Source: Alphaproteobacteria bacterium
GTDB taxonomy: Bacteria > Pseudomonadota > Alphaproteobacteria > UBA828
Assembly: GCA_963422645.2 (NCBI GenBank)
Contig: CAXXVO010000007.1
Location: 480,001-544,000 of the forward strand
DNA length: 64,000 nt
Reading direction: 5' to 3'
Shown here: in pieces, positions 21,132 through 31,056 of the stretch
Layout: each line of letters begins with the position of its first letter
Numbering within the stretch: the stretch's first letter is position 1
Translations under genes and position numbers: made by a program
The notes under the pieces: model-generated
Database searches by the model: none
Seen by the model: the letters and a program-made list of their open reading frames with translations, nothing else
Told to the model about the DNA's origin: nothing

Positions 21132-22175
21132 ATGCCGATCGACGACCAAGAGCGGGCGGAGATCGAGGCCCAACGCGCTGCCTCGCACGAAACAAGGCGC
21201 GCCACGGTGCCGGCCCTGGAGTCGATCCTCGACGAGCGCTTCGACGTGCTCGACCACGGCTTCGTCCGCGTGATCGACTACATGGGCGACGATTCCGCCA
21301 TCGTGCAGGCGGCGCGGGTCTCCTACGGCGCGGGCACGCGGCACGTGCGGAAGGACCGCGCGCTGATCCGCTACCTCCTGCGCCATCGCCACACCACACC
21401 CTTCGAGATGTGCGAGCTCAAGCTGCACATCAAGGCGCCGATCTTCGTCGCCCGGCAGTGGCTTCGCCACCGCACCGCCAGCGTCAACGAGTACTCCGCA
21501 CGCTATTCCAAGTTGGATCGAGAGTTCTATGTGCCGGACGTGGAGCACCTCCAATCCGTCCTGGAGGAGCAAGTCGGTCGTCGGCGGGCTAGCACTAGCG
21601 GCATGGACGACTTGTTTACCGTGAACTCGTCGGTAACGGAGCCCCTGGCGCTCGCTGCCCAGTCCAGCACCAACAAGCAAGGTCGGGATGATGTACTGAC
21701 GGGCGACGAAGCCAAGCAAGCACTTTCCGCCATCAATTGGATTTCCAAGAACGCGTACGGCATCTATCGGAGCCTGCTCAACGAGAACAAGAGAGGCAAC
21801 ACGAAGGACCCCAATCATGTGGGGCTCGCCCGCGAGCTCGCGCGCGCGGCGCTGCCGGTCAATTACTACACCCAGTTCTACTGGAAGATCGACCTGCACA
21901 ACCTGCTGCACTTCCTGTCACTGCGGGCCGATGCCCACGCCCAGTACGAAATCCGCGCCTATGCCGACGTAATTCTCGACAAGATCGTCGCGAACTGGGT
22001 GCCAGAGACTTACCAAGCCTTCCAGGACTACATGATGAAGGCCGCGTTGCTCTCCGCGAACTCGCTCGCCGCGATCAGGAGGATGCTGGCAGGCGACTCG
22101 TTTGATCAGGCGACGCGCGACCTCCCCGAGCGCGAGCAGCGCGAGCTCAAGGAGATGCTGGACCACGAGCCTTAG
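21132..22175 (+). CDS. thyX: FAD-dependent thymidylate synthase
   Basis: HTTPFE, RQWLRHRTASVNEYSARY, ARELAR, DLHNLLHFLSLR, HAQYEIR. Confidence 0.96.
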   Translation: MPIDDQERAEIEAQRAASHETRRATVPALESILDERFDVLDHGFVRVIDYMGDDSAIVQAARVSYGAGTRHVRKDRALIRYLLRHRHTTPFEMCELKLHIKAPIFVARQWLRHRTASVNEYSARYSKLDREFYVPDVEHLQSVLEEQVGRRRASTSGMDDLFTVNSSVTEPLALAAQSSTNKQGRDDVLTGDEAKQALSAINWISKNAYGIYRSLLNENKRGNTKDPNHVGLARELARAALPVNYYTQFYWKIDLHNLLHFLSLRADAHAQYEIRAYADVILDKIVANWVPETYQAFQDYMMKAALLSANSLAAIRRMLAGDSFDQATRDLPEREQRELKEMLDHEP

Positions 22176-22194
22176 ACAGACTTTCTTACCTACC

Positions 22195-23463
22195 TCACCG
22201 CTTGTCCTGCGATGCGGTGAGCGGCACCAGGAGGGCGGCGGAAACCACCAGGGCGAGCCACCAGTTCTGCCACGTGCCATGCGCCACGGAGGCAACAGCC
22301 AAGGCAGCGACGAAGAGGGACTGCCCGAACCTCCGCTTCTGGCCGCTTGCACCGTCGAGCCGCATCGCAATGAGCCACAGCAGCGCCAGCGCGATCACCG
22401 CGCCGACGGCGCCGAGCTCCAGCATGATCTGCAGCGGCGCGCTGTGCGGATGCAATGCCGCGAGTTCGCGACCCGTGCTGCCGAGGTCCGGGTAAAGCGC
22501 CTGCAGGTGTCGGGAGCCGTCGAAGCCCCATCCGAGTGCGGGTCTCTCGGCGATCCGCCGAACCGAGAACTCCCATATCTCGATGCGATGTTGGGCCGAT
22601 GCAGCCAGCCAATCGGCCCGGTGCCACCCGTGACGGTGCATCTCGCGTGCGGCGAAGGGCATGGCGACGAACGCCACCACGCTCGCGGCAAGCGTGACCG
22701 CAAGCCCCGCCTTGCTGTGCCCGAGAGCCAAAAACAAGGTGGCAACACCTGCGACGAGGCCAAGGGTCGCCGCCGCACTCTCAAGGAAGAGAGAGGCGAT
22801 GGCCAACGCGACGGGAAGTGCGAGTGCCGTCCAGCGAAGGCCTCTGGCCCAGAGCAAGGCTGTCACGGGCCAGACGATCAGCGCCAGAGCAATCGCGCCC
22901 CGATTGAACCAGACCGCTTCCCGACCGGCCACGGCCGTCTTGAATACGCGAAGCATCGGGTAATCGAGCCCGATCTCCACGGCCATGAGAGCAAGGCTCA
23001 CACCGAACCCGGCGACCAGCCATTGGCCGATGCGTTTCCTCGCCGCGTCGTCCAACGCGGCCACGATGGGGAATAGCACCAGGCCCGTCGCGAGAATCAC
23101 GGCGACGCGGAGCGCGAGCACGAGAGAGCGGACGCTGTCCTCGCTCCAGGCGGAGGCGATCGCGCACCAAACGACGAGAAGGGCCAGGAAGATCGCAATC
23201 CGCCAGTCGGGAACCGGAAAGCGGCGCTGGGCCCACCAGTGGATCAGAAGGGCGAGGCCCGCCGCAAGCAGCAGGATCGCCACGGTGCCCTTGGGCGCCA
23301 CGACGCCGACGATCGGCAGCAGCGCGGCGAAGGCGCAAAACACCCCGGTCAGGAGCGCCCGCGGCCGGCTCAGGAGCCGCGTTCCGGCGCGCTCGCGGCT
23401 GCTACTCAGCGCAAGCGGTGGCGCGTCTCGGCTGATGGTCGAAAATCGATCGCCGCGCGGCAT
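22195..23463 (-). CDS. O-antigen ligase (Wzy_C/WaaL)-like membrane protein
   Basis: Multiple TM helices; HRIEIWEF, PALGWGFDGSR, LHPHSAPLQIMLELG. Start uncertain. Confidence 0.75.
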   Translation of the reverse strand: MPRGDRFSTISRDAPPLALSSSRERAGTRLLSRPRALLTGVFCAFAALLPIVGVVAPKGTVAILLLAAGLALLIHWWAQRRFPVPDWRIAIFLALLVVWCAIASAWSEDSVRSLVLALRVAVILATGLVLFPIVAALDDAARKRIGQWLVAGFGVSLALMAVEIGLDYPMLRVFKTAVAGREAVWFNRGAIALALIVWPVTALLWARGLRWTALALPVALAIASLFLESAAATLGLVAGVATLFLALGHSKAGLAVTLAASVVAFVAMPFAAREMHRHGWHRADWLAASAQHRIEIWEFSVRRIAERPALGWGFDGSRHLQALYPDLGSTGRELAALHPHSAPLQIMLELGAVGAVIALALLWLIAMRLDGASGQKRRFGQSLFVAALAVASVAHGTWQNWWLALVVSAALLVPLTASQDKR

Positions 23464-23521
23464 AGGAAAAACGTGTTCACATGATGGAAGTCTTCGGATC
23501 GTCGCGGTTATTGCGTTGTGA

Positions 23522-23986
23522 TTACGATGCGTCGCGCCAGCGCTTGGCAGCGCGGTCGTCCGCGGCACGCGCCTCGACCCAGCGCTCGCCGTCGGCAGTC
23601 TCCTCGCGCTTCCAGAACGGCGCCTTGGTCTTGAGCCAGTCGATGAGGAAGGCGCAGGCATCGAGCGCGGCGCGGCGGTGGGCTGCCGCGGTCACCACGA
23701 GCACGATCCGATCGCCCGGCTCGAGCCGCCCGTAGCGGTGGACGATCAGCGAGGCGGTGAGGTCCCAGCGCCGGCATGCCTCGGCCTCGATATCCGAGAG
23801 CTGCTTCTCGGTCATCGCCGGGTAGTGCTCCAGCGTCATCGCGGTAACCGCGTCGCCGGCGCCCTTGGGCGCGTCGGCGCGGGTGATGCCGACGAAGGAC
23901 GCAACGGCGCCGACGTCGTCCCTGCCCTCCGAGAGCGCCTCGATCTCGGCGCCGATATCGAAGTCCTCGCGCTGGACGCGGATCAT
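23522..23986 (-). CDS. moaE: Molybdopterin synthase catalytic subunit
   Basis: LEHYPAM, HRYGRL, DWLKTKAPFWKRE. Confidence 0.95.
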   Translation of the reverse strand: MIRVQREDFDIGAEIEALSEGRDDVGAVASFVGITRADAPKGAGDAVTAMTLEHYPAMTEKQLSDIEAEACRRWDLTASLIVHRYGRLEPGDRIVLVVTAAAHRRAALDACAFLIDWLKTKAPFWKREETADGERWVEARAADDRAAKRWRDAS

Positions 23987-24243
23987 GGCCGGGCTCCGCC
24001 TGTCACAGGCGGGAAGAGCGCGACCTCGTCGCCATCGGCGACCACGTGGTCCGGCGCGGCGAACTCCTGGTTGACCGCGACGCGGACCACCGACAGGTCT
24101 TCGAGAGCCTGGGCATAGCCGCCGCCCCGGCTCCGCAGCCAGTCGAGCAACGCCGCCACCGTCTGCACATCGGCGGGAAGCGCGATCTCCTCCGAATCGC
24201 GGCCGATCCGCTCCCGCACCCAGGCGAAATAAAGCAATGTCAT
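23983..24243 (-). CDS. moaD: Molybdopterin synthase sulfur carrier
   Basis: LLYFAWVRE...VAVNQ...GDEVALFPPVTGG followed by ARP. Confidence 0.93.
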   Translation of the reverse strand: MTLLYFAWVRERIGRDSEEIALPADVQTVAALLDWLRSRGGGYAQALEDLSVVRVAVNQEFAAPDHVVADGDEVALFPPVTGGARP

Positions 24244-25496
24244 CGGTACATCTCGTTGAATGGGAGAAAGTCCACCATCGTGCCTGCGCTGAGTGTGGTG
24301 AGTTCTTCCGGCAGCTCGATCAACCCGTCGGCGAACACCGCCGACGTGAGGATCCCGGCCCCGTCACGGGCGAATTTCTCCGCCCCGAGCGTTCCGTCCG
24401 GCTGCGTCGAGAGCCGCGCGCGCAGCCATTCGCGGCGCCCCCGCTTCTTCTTATAGTCGAAGCCCGCCGGCACCCGATAGTGCGCGGGCTCCACCTCGGT
24501 GCAGCCGCCGAGCCGCAGGATCAACGGGCGCGCGAAGCGCAGGAAGGTGACCATGACGGCCACCGGGTTGCCGGGCAGCCCGATGAAGGCTACGCGCCCG
24601 ACCTGGCCGAGCGCGATGGGCCGCCCGGGGCGAATGGCGAGGCGCCAGAAGTGAAGATGGCCGAGGGCCTCCACCGCCGCCTTGACGTGGTCCTCGTCGC
24701 CGGTCGACATCCCGCCGGAGGTGAGCAGCAGATCGTGGTCGCGGCTCCGCTCGGCCAGCGCGTCGGTAATCGCGTCGAGCTTGTCGGGCAGGATGCCCAT
24801 GTCGGTGACGGCACAGCCCAGCCGCTCCGCAAGGCCGGCGATGACATAGCGGTTGGAATCGTAGATGCCGCCTTCGCCGAGTGCCGCGCCCGGCTCATAG
24901 ACCTCGTCGCCGGTGGAAAAGATCGCCACCCTGAGCCGCCGGAAGACCGTGAGCTCGGTCCGTCCAATGGAGGCTGCAAGGCCCACATCCTGCGGCCTGA
25001 GCGCCCGGCCGGCGGTGAGGATGGTCGTGCCGGGTGCGATGTCTTCCCCCACGCGCCTGCGGTTGGCACCGCGCTTGATCCCGGGCGGCACGATGACCGC
25101 ATCACCGTCCTCGCGGCAGTCCTCCTGCATCAGCACGGTGTCGGGACCGGGCGGCATCGGGGCGCCGGTGAAGACCCGGATCGCCTCGCCCCTCTCGGCG
25201 GGCCGCCCGAGGGGGTGCCCGGCCGCAGCCCGCCCGGTGCAGGGGAGGCGCGTGTCGTCTGCGGCATTGAGGTCGTCGAAGAAGACCGCGTAGCCGTCGA
25301 CCGCGGCATTGTCGTGCGGCGGCACCGCGCGTTCCGAGACCACGGTCTCCGCCAGGATGCGCCCGTTCGCAGCCTTCAGGCCCTCGGTCTCGGTCTCGGC
25401 GATGGGATGGACGACGCTCTCAAGCTGCGCGAGCGCATCCGCCGCCGGAGTCAGCGCGCCGCCAAAGGCGAAGCAGTCGTCGCTAAGCTGTGCCAT
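24240..25496 (-). CDS. moeA: Molybdopterin molybdotransferase
   Basis: MAQLSDDCFA, AVDGYA, IFSTGDE, TSGGMSTGDED, GLPGNP. Confidence 0.95.
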   Translation of the reverse strand: MAQLSDDCFAFGGALTPAADALAQLESVVHPIAETETEGLKAANGRILAETVVSERAVPPHDNAAVDGYAVFFDDLNAADDTRLPCTGRAAAGHPLGRPAERGEAIRVFTGAPMPPGPDTVLMQEDCREDGDAVIVPPGIKRGANRRRVGEDIAPGTTILTAGRALRPQDVGLAASIGRTELTVFRRLRVAIFSTGDEVYEPGAALGEGGIYDSNRYVIAGLAERLGCAVTDMGILPDKLDAITDALAERSRDHDLLLTSGGMSTGDEDHVKAAVEALGHLHFWRLAIRPGRPIALGQVGRVAFIGLPGNPVAVMVTFLRFARPLILRLGGCTEVEPAHYRVPAGFDYKKKRGRREWLRARLSTQPDGTLGAEKFARDGAGILTSAVFADGLIELPEELTTLSAGTMVDFLPFNEMYR

Positions 25497-26031
25497 GGGC
25501 CAACATCGCTTCGTTGCTTCTGGCGACGGCGCAATGCGCCACCACGAACGCGGCGATCGCATCCACGTCGTCGACATCGAACACCGGGACCGCGCGCCCG
25601 AGCGAGGCCGCGGCCGGCACCGGCCGGTCGCTCGCGATGGCGACCACGGTGGGGTCCGCGGCAGCAAGCAGCGGCGCCTCGTCCGCGCCGCGGCGCACCT
25701 CGATCTTGTCGTGGCCGCCCCGCTTGTAGCCCTCGATCAGCACGAGATCGGCCGGCTTCATTTGCTCGAGCAGCCGGTCCAGCGGCGGCTCGCCGTCGTC
25801 GCCCGTTTCGCGGAGATGGGCGAAGCGGTCGGGTGCCGCCAGCACGATGTCGCGGGCGCCGGCGGCGCGCCACGCCTGGGCGGGATGCCCCTCCGGCAGC
25901 AGATCGAATCCGTGGTGGGCATGCTTCACGGTGGCCACGCGCAGGCCGCGCGACCGCAGCTGCGGCAGCAGCCGGCAAACCAGCGTGGTCTTGCCGCTGT
26001 CGCTCAGCCCCGTGACCCCGAACCGCTGCAC
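25483..26031 (-). CDS. mobB: Molybdopterin-guanine dinucleotide biosynthesis protein B
   Basis: GLSDSGKTT, VKHAHHGFD, DLVLIEGYK. Confidence 0.92.
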   Translation of the reverse strand: MQRFGVTGLSDSGKTTLVCRLLPQLRSRGLRVATVKHAHHGFDLLPEGHPAQAWRAAGARDIVLAAPDRFAHLRETGDDGEPPLDRLLEQMKPADLVLIEGYKRGGHDKIEVRRGADEAPLLAAADPTVVAIASDRPVPAAASLGRAVPVFDVDDVDAIAAFVVAHCAVARSNEAMLAHGTA

Positions 26032-26682
26032 CTAGTCCTCCCGCTTGGGGCGCGCGGCGCGCAGGCCGCGCACGCTTGCCCGAACATAGCCGATCGCGCT
26101 GGCCCAGGTCAGCACCACTGCGAGCCATAACAGCCCTTCACCGGCGTTGGCGAGGCCTGCGCCTGCGGCCTCGGGCAGCCAGGGCGCGATGGCCGGAGCC
26201 AGCAGCAGCAGGGCGATGGCGGCCATCTGCGCGGCGGTCTTCCACTTGGCGAGCGGCTGGACCGGGAGCGCCACCTTGCCGACGAGCGCCTCCCTGAGTC
26301 CCGAGATCAGGAACTCGCGCAAGAGGATCGCCACCACGGCGATCACCGGCGCGCGCCCGTCGGCGGCCAGCATGACGAGCGCTGCCGCGACCAGGAGCTT
26401 GTCGGCGATGGGATCGAGGATGCGGCCCAGCAGCGAATGCTGATCGAGCCTGCGGGCCAGCCAGCCATCGACAAAATCGCTGAGGGCCGCCACGGCGAAG
26501 ACCGCGAAGCCGAGCCAGAGCCCGCTCGCACTGGCAATGAAGAACGAACCGACGAGCACGGGAACCATGACGATGCGCAGCCCCGTGACCGCGTTGGGCC
26601 AGCTTGCCACACGCAGGGGATCGGCCTCCGACACGGACTCCGAGGCCCCGGCGCCGTCAGCGATCGGCGCGGAAATGGTCAT
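26032..26682 (-). CDS. pgsA: CDP-diacylglycerol--glycerol-3-phosphate 3-phosphatidyltransferase
   Basis: PNAVTGLR, DFVDGWLARR..G.ILDPIADK, REFLISGLRE; follows uvrC. Confidence 0.92.
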   Translation of the reverse strand: MTISAPIADGAGASESVSEADPLRVASWPNAVTGLRIVMVPVLVGSFFIASASGLWLGFAVFAVAALSDFVDGWLARRLDQHSLLGRILDPIADKLLVAAALVMLAADGRAPVIAVVAILLREFLISGLREALVGKVALPVQPLAKWKTAAQMAAIALLLLAPAIAPWLPEAAGAGLANAGEGLLWLAVVLTWASAIGYVRASVRGLRAARPKRED

Positions 26683-28591
26683 GGATCGCGCCCGCGACCG
26701 CGCTCGATATGCCGTCGACGGTCTCGAGATCGGCGAGGCCTGCCTGGCTCACCCCCCGCGCCGAGCCGAAGCGGTGGAGCAGCGCCTTCTTGCGGCGGGG
26801 GCCGACTCCCGGAATCTCGTCGAGCGCCGAGCGGGCGCGCGACTTGGCGCGCTTGGCCCGATGGGTGCCGATGGCGAAGCGATGCGCCTCGTCCCGCAGG
26901 CGTTGCAGGAAGTAGAGCAGCGGGTCGCGCGCGCCGAGCGAGATCGGCGGCTTGTCAGGAAGGAAGATGCGCTCGCGGCCGGCGTTGCGCTCGGGCCCCT
27001 TGGCGATCGCCGCGACCGCGAGATTGGCGATGCCGAGATCGTCGAATACGCGCCGCGCCTCGCCGAGCTGGCCGGCGCCGCCGTCGATCAGCACCAGGTC
27101 CGGCCACGATTCACCGGCACGGCTGGGGTCCTCCTTGATCAGGCGGGAGAAGCGGCGGGTAAGCACCTCGCGCATCATGGCGTAATCGTCGCCGGGCGCG
27201 GCCGGCTCCGGCGCCGCCGTCGCGCGAATCGTGAACTTGCGATAGCCGTTCTTGATGAAGCCCTCCGGCCCCGCGACGATCAGGCTGCCGACCGCATCGG
27301 TGCCCGAGATGTGGCTGTTGTCGTAGACCTCGATCCGGTCGGGGGCGCTCTCCAGCCCTAATTCTTGAGCCAGGGTCTCCAACAGGCGCCGCTGCGCCGT
27401 GCTTTCGCCGAGCCTGCGGGCGAGCGCCTCCCGCGCATTGCGCTCGGCATCCTCGATCAGCTTGCGCTTCTCGCCACGTAGCGGGCGATGGAGTTTGACC
27501 CGTCGCTCAGCCTTGAGCGTGAGCGCCTCGGCGATCAGGGGAGCCTCCGCCAGGGACCGGTTCACCATGACCAGCGGCGGCGCCTCCCGCGCGCTGTAGA
27601 ACTGCCCGATGAAGGCACGGAGGATGGCGTCCGTCGGCTCGTCCGCCGCGTGGCGCGGGAAGAATGCCCGGTTGCCGTAGTTCTGCCCGGAGCGGAAGAA
27701 GAAGACCTGCACGCAGGCTTGGCCAGCCTCCTCGTGAATGGCGACGACATCGGCATCGCCCATGGAGGGCAGGTTGATACCCTGGCGCATCTGGATATGG
27801 GCGAGAGCCTTGATGCGGTCGCGGTAAGCCGCGGCGGTCTCGAATTCGAGCGCATCGCTCGCCGCGGTCATCCGATCGGTGAGCCGGCGCTGGACCTCCC
27901 GGCTGCGCCCGGCGAGGAAGGCCCGCGCCTCCTCCACCAGCCCGTCGTAGTCGGTCTTGCTGATGCGGCCGACGCAGGGCGCGGTGCAGCGCTTGATCTG
28001 GTACTGCAGGCAGGGCCGGGTGCGGCCTTCCAGCACCGAATCCGAGCACGAGCGCAAGGGAAACGCGCGCTGGAGCGCGTTGATCGTGAGGTCCACGGCG
28101 CCGGCCGAGGCGAAGGGGCCGAAGTAGTCCCCCTGCCCGCTCTTGGCGCCGCGATATTTCGTGATCTGCGGCCAGACGTGGCCCCGGCGGAGCAGGATGT
28201 AGGGGAACGACTTGTCGTCCCGAAGCAGGATGTTGTAGTGCGGCTTGAGCCGCTTGATCAGGTTGCTTTCGAGCAGCAGCGCCTCGACCTCGCCCTCGGT
28301 CGTGATTACCTCGACCGATGCCGTGGCTGCGATCATGCGCTGCAGGCGGACGGAGAGCGTGCGGACGTTGACGTAAGTTGCGACGCGCTTCTTCAGGCTC
28401 TTGGCCTTGCCGACGTAGAGGGGCTTCTCGTGCCGGTCGCGCATGCAGTAGACGCCGGCGCCCGCCGGCATTGTCCCCAGCGCCGCGCGCAGCACCGCGA
28501 CGCCGCGTTCGAGCGAGACGCCGGGGTCGGCAAGCGCCGCCGCATCGTCCGTGACGGACGTGGTCGGCCGCTCGATCTGCACGTCCACCAT
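26657..28591 (-). CDS. uvrC: Excinuclease ABC subunit C
   Basis: GIY-YIG (GVY..LYVGKAK), CLQYQIKRC, IEVYDNSH, IDGG, RDEAHRFA, HhH. Confidence 0.97.
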   Translation of the reverse strand: MVDVQIERPTTSVTDDAAALADPGVSLERGVAVLRAALGTMPAGAGVYCMRDRHEKPLYVGKAKSLKKRVATYVNVRTLSVRLQRMIAATASVEVITTEGEVEALLLESNLIKRLKPHYNILLRDDKSFPYILLRRGHVWPQITKYRGAKSGQGDYFGPFASAGAVDLTINALQRAFPLRSCSDSVLEGRTRPCLQYQIKRCTAPCVGRISKTDYDGLVEEARAFLAGRSREVQRRLTDRMTAASDALEFETAAAYRDRIKALAHIQMRQGINLPSMGDADVVAIHEEAGQACVQVFFFRSGQNYGNRAFFPRHAADEPTDAILRAFIGQFYSAREAPPLVMVNRSLAEAPLIAEALTLKAERRVKLHRPLRGEKRKLIEDAERNAREALARRLGESTAQRRLLETLAQELGLESAPDRIEVYDNSHISGTDAVGSLIVAGPEGFIKNGYRKFTIRATAAPEPAAPGDDYAMMREVLTRRFSRLIKEDPSRAGESWPDLVLIDGGAGQLGEARRVFDDLGIANLAVAAIAKGPERNAGRERIFLPDKPPISLGARDPLLYFLQRLRDEAHRFAIGTHRAKRAKSRARSALDEIPGVGPRRKKALLHRFGSARGVSQAGLADLETVDGISSAVAGAIHDHFRADR

Positions 28592-28837
28592 CGCGTCGTC
28601 CGCCTGATGCGCCGCTAGGCCTGAGAGATAGTCCCTGCCCCGCAGCCCGTCAACGCGCGGACCGTCGACGGCGCAGCATCACGCCATTTGATTGGCGTAT
28701 CGTGCTGATCGGCGCGCAACCGAAGCGTCGAACAGCGCCCGGCCTCGCCAAGCAGCTACCACCTGGTGAGGGCGCATCGATTCACCGAGCGCCCTCACCC
28801 TAGTTCCGGCCGAGGTCTGGCCCTGCCGGCCAACTCC

Positions 28838-30025
28838 CTACTGTATCGGGGTCCAGGTGCCGTCGTCTCCAACGCCGTTGAGGGAGTAGACGCCGGCCAC
28901 GTCGCCGCTCTCGTCGAACTCGATGGCGCCGGAAGCGCCCTCGTAGTTGATGTCCTCGCCGGCCGCGATGGCTTCCTTGGCCTTGGCCCACTCGCCGGGG
29001 CGAATGACCGTGCCGGGGGCGTTAGCGACCTCGCGAAGCGCCGCCGAGATCATGCCGCGATCGGCCGAACCCGCCTTCTCGATCGCGAGCGCGGCGAGGA
29101 AGGCGATATCGTAGCCGTGGGCGACGAAGGGGGCGCCCGCGTTTTCGAAGGCGGCGGCGAAGGCCTGGTACGACGCGTTCTCGGTGTCGGACGCGGGCTG
29201 CGAGAGCATGATGTTGCCGCGCAGGTTGTCGGCGCCGATCTGCTCGATAACGGAGTTGTCCATCATGCCGTCCGCCCCGAGGAACTTGCCGAAGAGCGCG
29301 TTCTCCAGGCTGTTGCGCAGGATGGTGATGCCGCTCCCGCCGAAGTAGGCGAAGAGTGCCAGTCCTTCCGCCTCGCCGGCCGCGAGCGTCGCGAGTTCGG
29401 CGCGGTACGATGCCTTGTTCGGCTCGTGCGCCTGGTTGCCGGTGATCGTGCCGCCGAGCTTGGTGAAGGCGGCCGCGAACACGCCGGCAAGGCCGGAGTT
29501 GTAATCGTCGTTGGAGTAAGTGACCGCGAGCTTGCGGTAGCCGTGCTCCCAGGCGAGCTCGGCGAGGGAGCGTCCCTGGTAGGCGTCGGAGGGCGCGACC
29601 CGGAACACAAGGTCGTTGTCGTCGAGCTCCGATATCGAGGGCGCAGTCGCGGTGTCGGAAATCATCACCACGCCCGCCGGAATGGTGACGGACTGGGCCA
29701 TGCCGTTGGTGGCGCCCGAGCAGTTTGGGCCGATGACCGCCACTGCCTGCTCGACGTTGACGAGCTTCGCGCCCGCATCGACCGCGGCCTTCGGGTCACA
29801 CTGCGAATCGCCCTGCACGAGCCGGTAGGTGTCCCCGCCGAGCAGGCCGCCCTGCTCGTTCACGTGGCTCGCGGCGAGGTTGCGGGCGTCGACGATATCT
29901 ACCACCAGCTCCGCGATGGGGCCGGTAACGCCCGCGGCGGAGCCCACACTGATTTCACCCGCGCTGGCGGCGGCGCCGTTCAGGGCGAGCGCGCCCGCAG
30001 CGACGGCTATCATCATTCTCTTCAT
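28838..30025 (-). CDS. Liv-type ABC transporter substrate-binding protein
   Basis: Signal peptide MKRMMIAVAAG; DSQCDP, VFRVAPSDAYQG, INYEGASG. Confidence 0.88.
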   Translation of the reverse strand: MKRMMIAVAAGALALNGAAASAGEISVGSAAGVTGPIAELVVDIVDARNLAASHVNEQGGLLGGDTYRLVQGDSQCDPKAAVDAGAKLVNVEQAVAVIGPNCSGATNGMAQSVTIPAGVVMISDTATAPSISELDDNDLVFRVAPSDAYQGRSLAELAWEHGYRKLAVTYSNDDYNSGLAGVFAAAFTKLGGTITGNQAHEPNKASYRAELATLAAGEAEGLALFAYFGGSGITILRNSLENALFGKFLGADGMMDNSVIEQIGADNLRGNIMLSQPASDTENASYQAFAAAFENAGAPFVAHGYDIAFLAALAIEKAGSADRGMISAALREVANAPGTVIRPGEWAKAKEAIAAGEDINYEGASGAIEFDESGDVAGVYSLNGVGDDGTWTPIQ

Positions 30026-30990
30026 GGCGGTTGCTCCCTGTTTGGGGATGAAGGAGCGGTGCGGAAGCGGCGCTCGCGGAAGATGCCGTCCGGGTAACGC
30101 TGCAGGATGAACTGCAATGCAAGGCCCACGAGAAATATCCGCAAGTAAGCCGACTTGACCGCCCACTCCGGGGGTAATCGCGCAATCAGTATCTCGGCTG
30201 CCGACCAGATAGTCCAGATCAGGATGGCACCGAAGATCGCACCCCGATTGTTCGCAGAGCCCCCGACGACGAGCATGACCCAGACCAGGAAGGTGGCGGA
30301 GATCGGCTCTGCCGCGTTCGGCTCGATGAACTTGATGTGGTGCGCCATCAACGCCCCGCCGAGGCCCATGAGAGCACCGCCGAGGACAAAGGCTTCGATG
30401 CGCAAGCGCTCGACGTTCTTTCCCGCAGCGCGCGCCGCCGCCTCGTTTTCGCGGATCGCGGCCATCACCCGTCCCCAGGGGGAGCGCCGCGCCCGTTCCA
30501 GCAGGACGTAGAGCGCGGCGACCACCGCGAAGACCAGCAGCAGCATCCCGACATGGTTCCACGGCTCGGGGTAGTGCTCGAAGGGCTTGGGGATGAGGGA
30601 GATCCCGCGCGGGCCGTTGGTCGCCCACACTTCGTTCTTGAGGACGAGCCGGAAGATCTCGGCGATTCCGAGGGTGGCGATCGCGAGGTAGTCGGCGCGA
30701 AGCCGAATGCAGATTCGCCCCACGCCCCAGGCGATGATCGCGCTCGTGATCATCGCGGCGACCAAGCCCGCCGCCGGCGACAGGCCGAAGCCGCCCAGGT
30801 GCCGCTCGGAGGCAGCGGAGGTCACGATGGCGGAGGTGTAGGCGCCGATCGCGAAGAAGCCCGCCACCCCGGCGTTGAAGAGCCCCGTGAAGCCCCACTG
30901 GATGTTGAGCCCGAGCGTGAGCACCGCGTAGATCCCGCCCATCGTGAGCAGGAACACGGCGTAGAGGAAGATGCCGTAGAGCTGTTCCAT
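30022..30990 (-). CDS. Liv-type ABC permease (LivM-like)
   Basis: LGLNIQWGFTG, RLRADYLAIATLG, AIRENE. Confidence 0.9.
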   Translation of the reverse strand: MEQLYGIFLYAVFLLTMGGIYAVLTLGLNIQWGFTGLFNAGVAGFFAIGAYTSAIVTSAASERHLGGFGLSPAAGLVAAMITSAIIAWGVGRICIRLRADYLAIATLGIAEIFRLVLKNEVWATNGPRGISLIPKPFEHYPEPWNHVGMLLLVFAVVAALYVLLERARRSPWGRVMAAIRENEAAARAAGKNVERLRIEAFVLGGALMGLGGALMAHHIKFIEPNAAEPISATFLVWVMLVVGGSANNRGAIFGAILIWTIWSAAEILIARLPPEWAVKSAYLRIFLVGLALQFILQRYPDGIFRERRFRTAPSSPNREQPP

Positions 30991-31056
30991 CTACGCGGCC
31001 CCTCTCTTCCGCGAGGAGTGTGCGCCGTGCGCTATGAGCATCGACCCCGTCATCGT

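Noticed and set aside
21552-21653. Intein in ThyX
   Set aside because: Only 34 aa, without an N-terminal Cys/Ser block or a C-terminal His-Asn.
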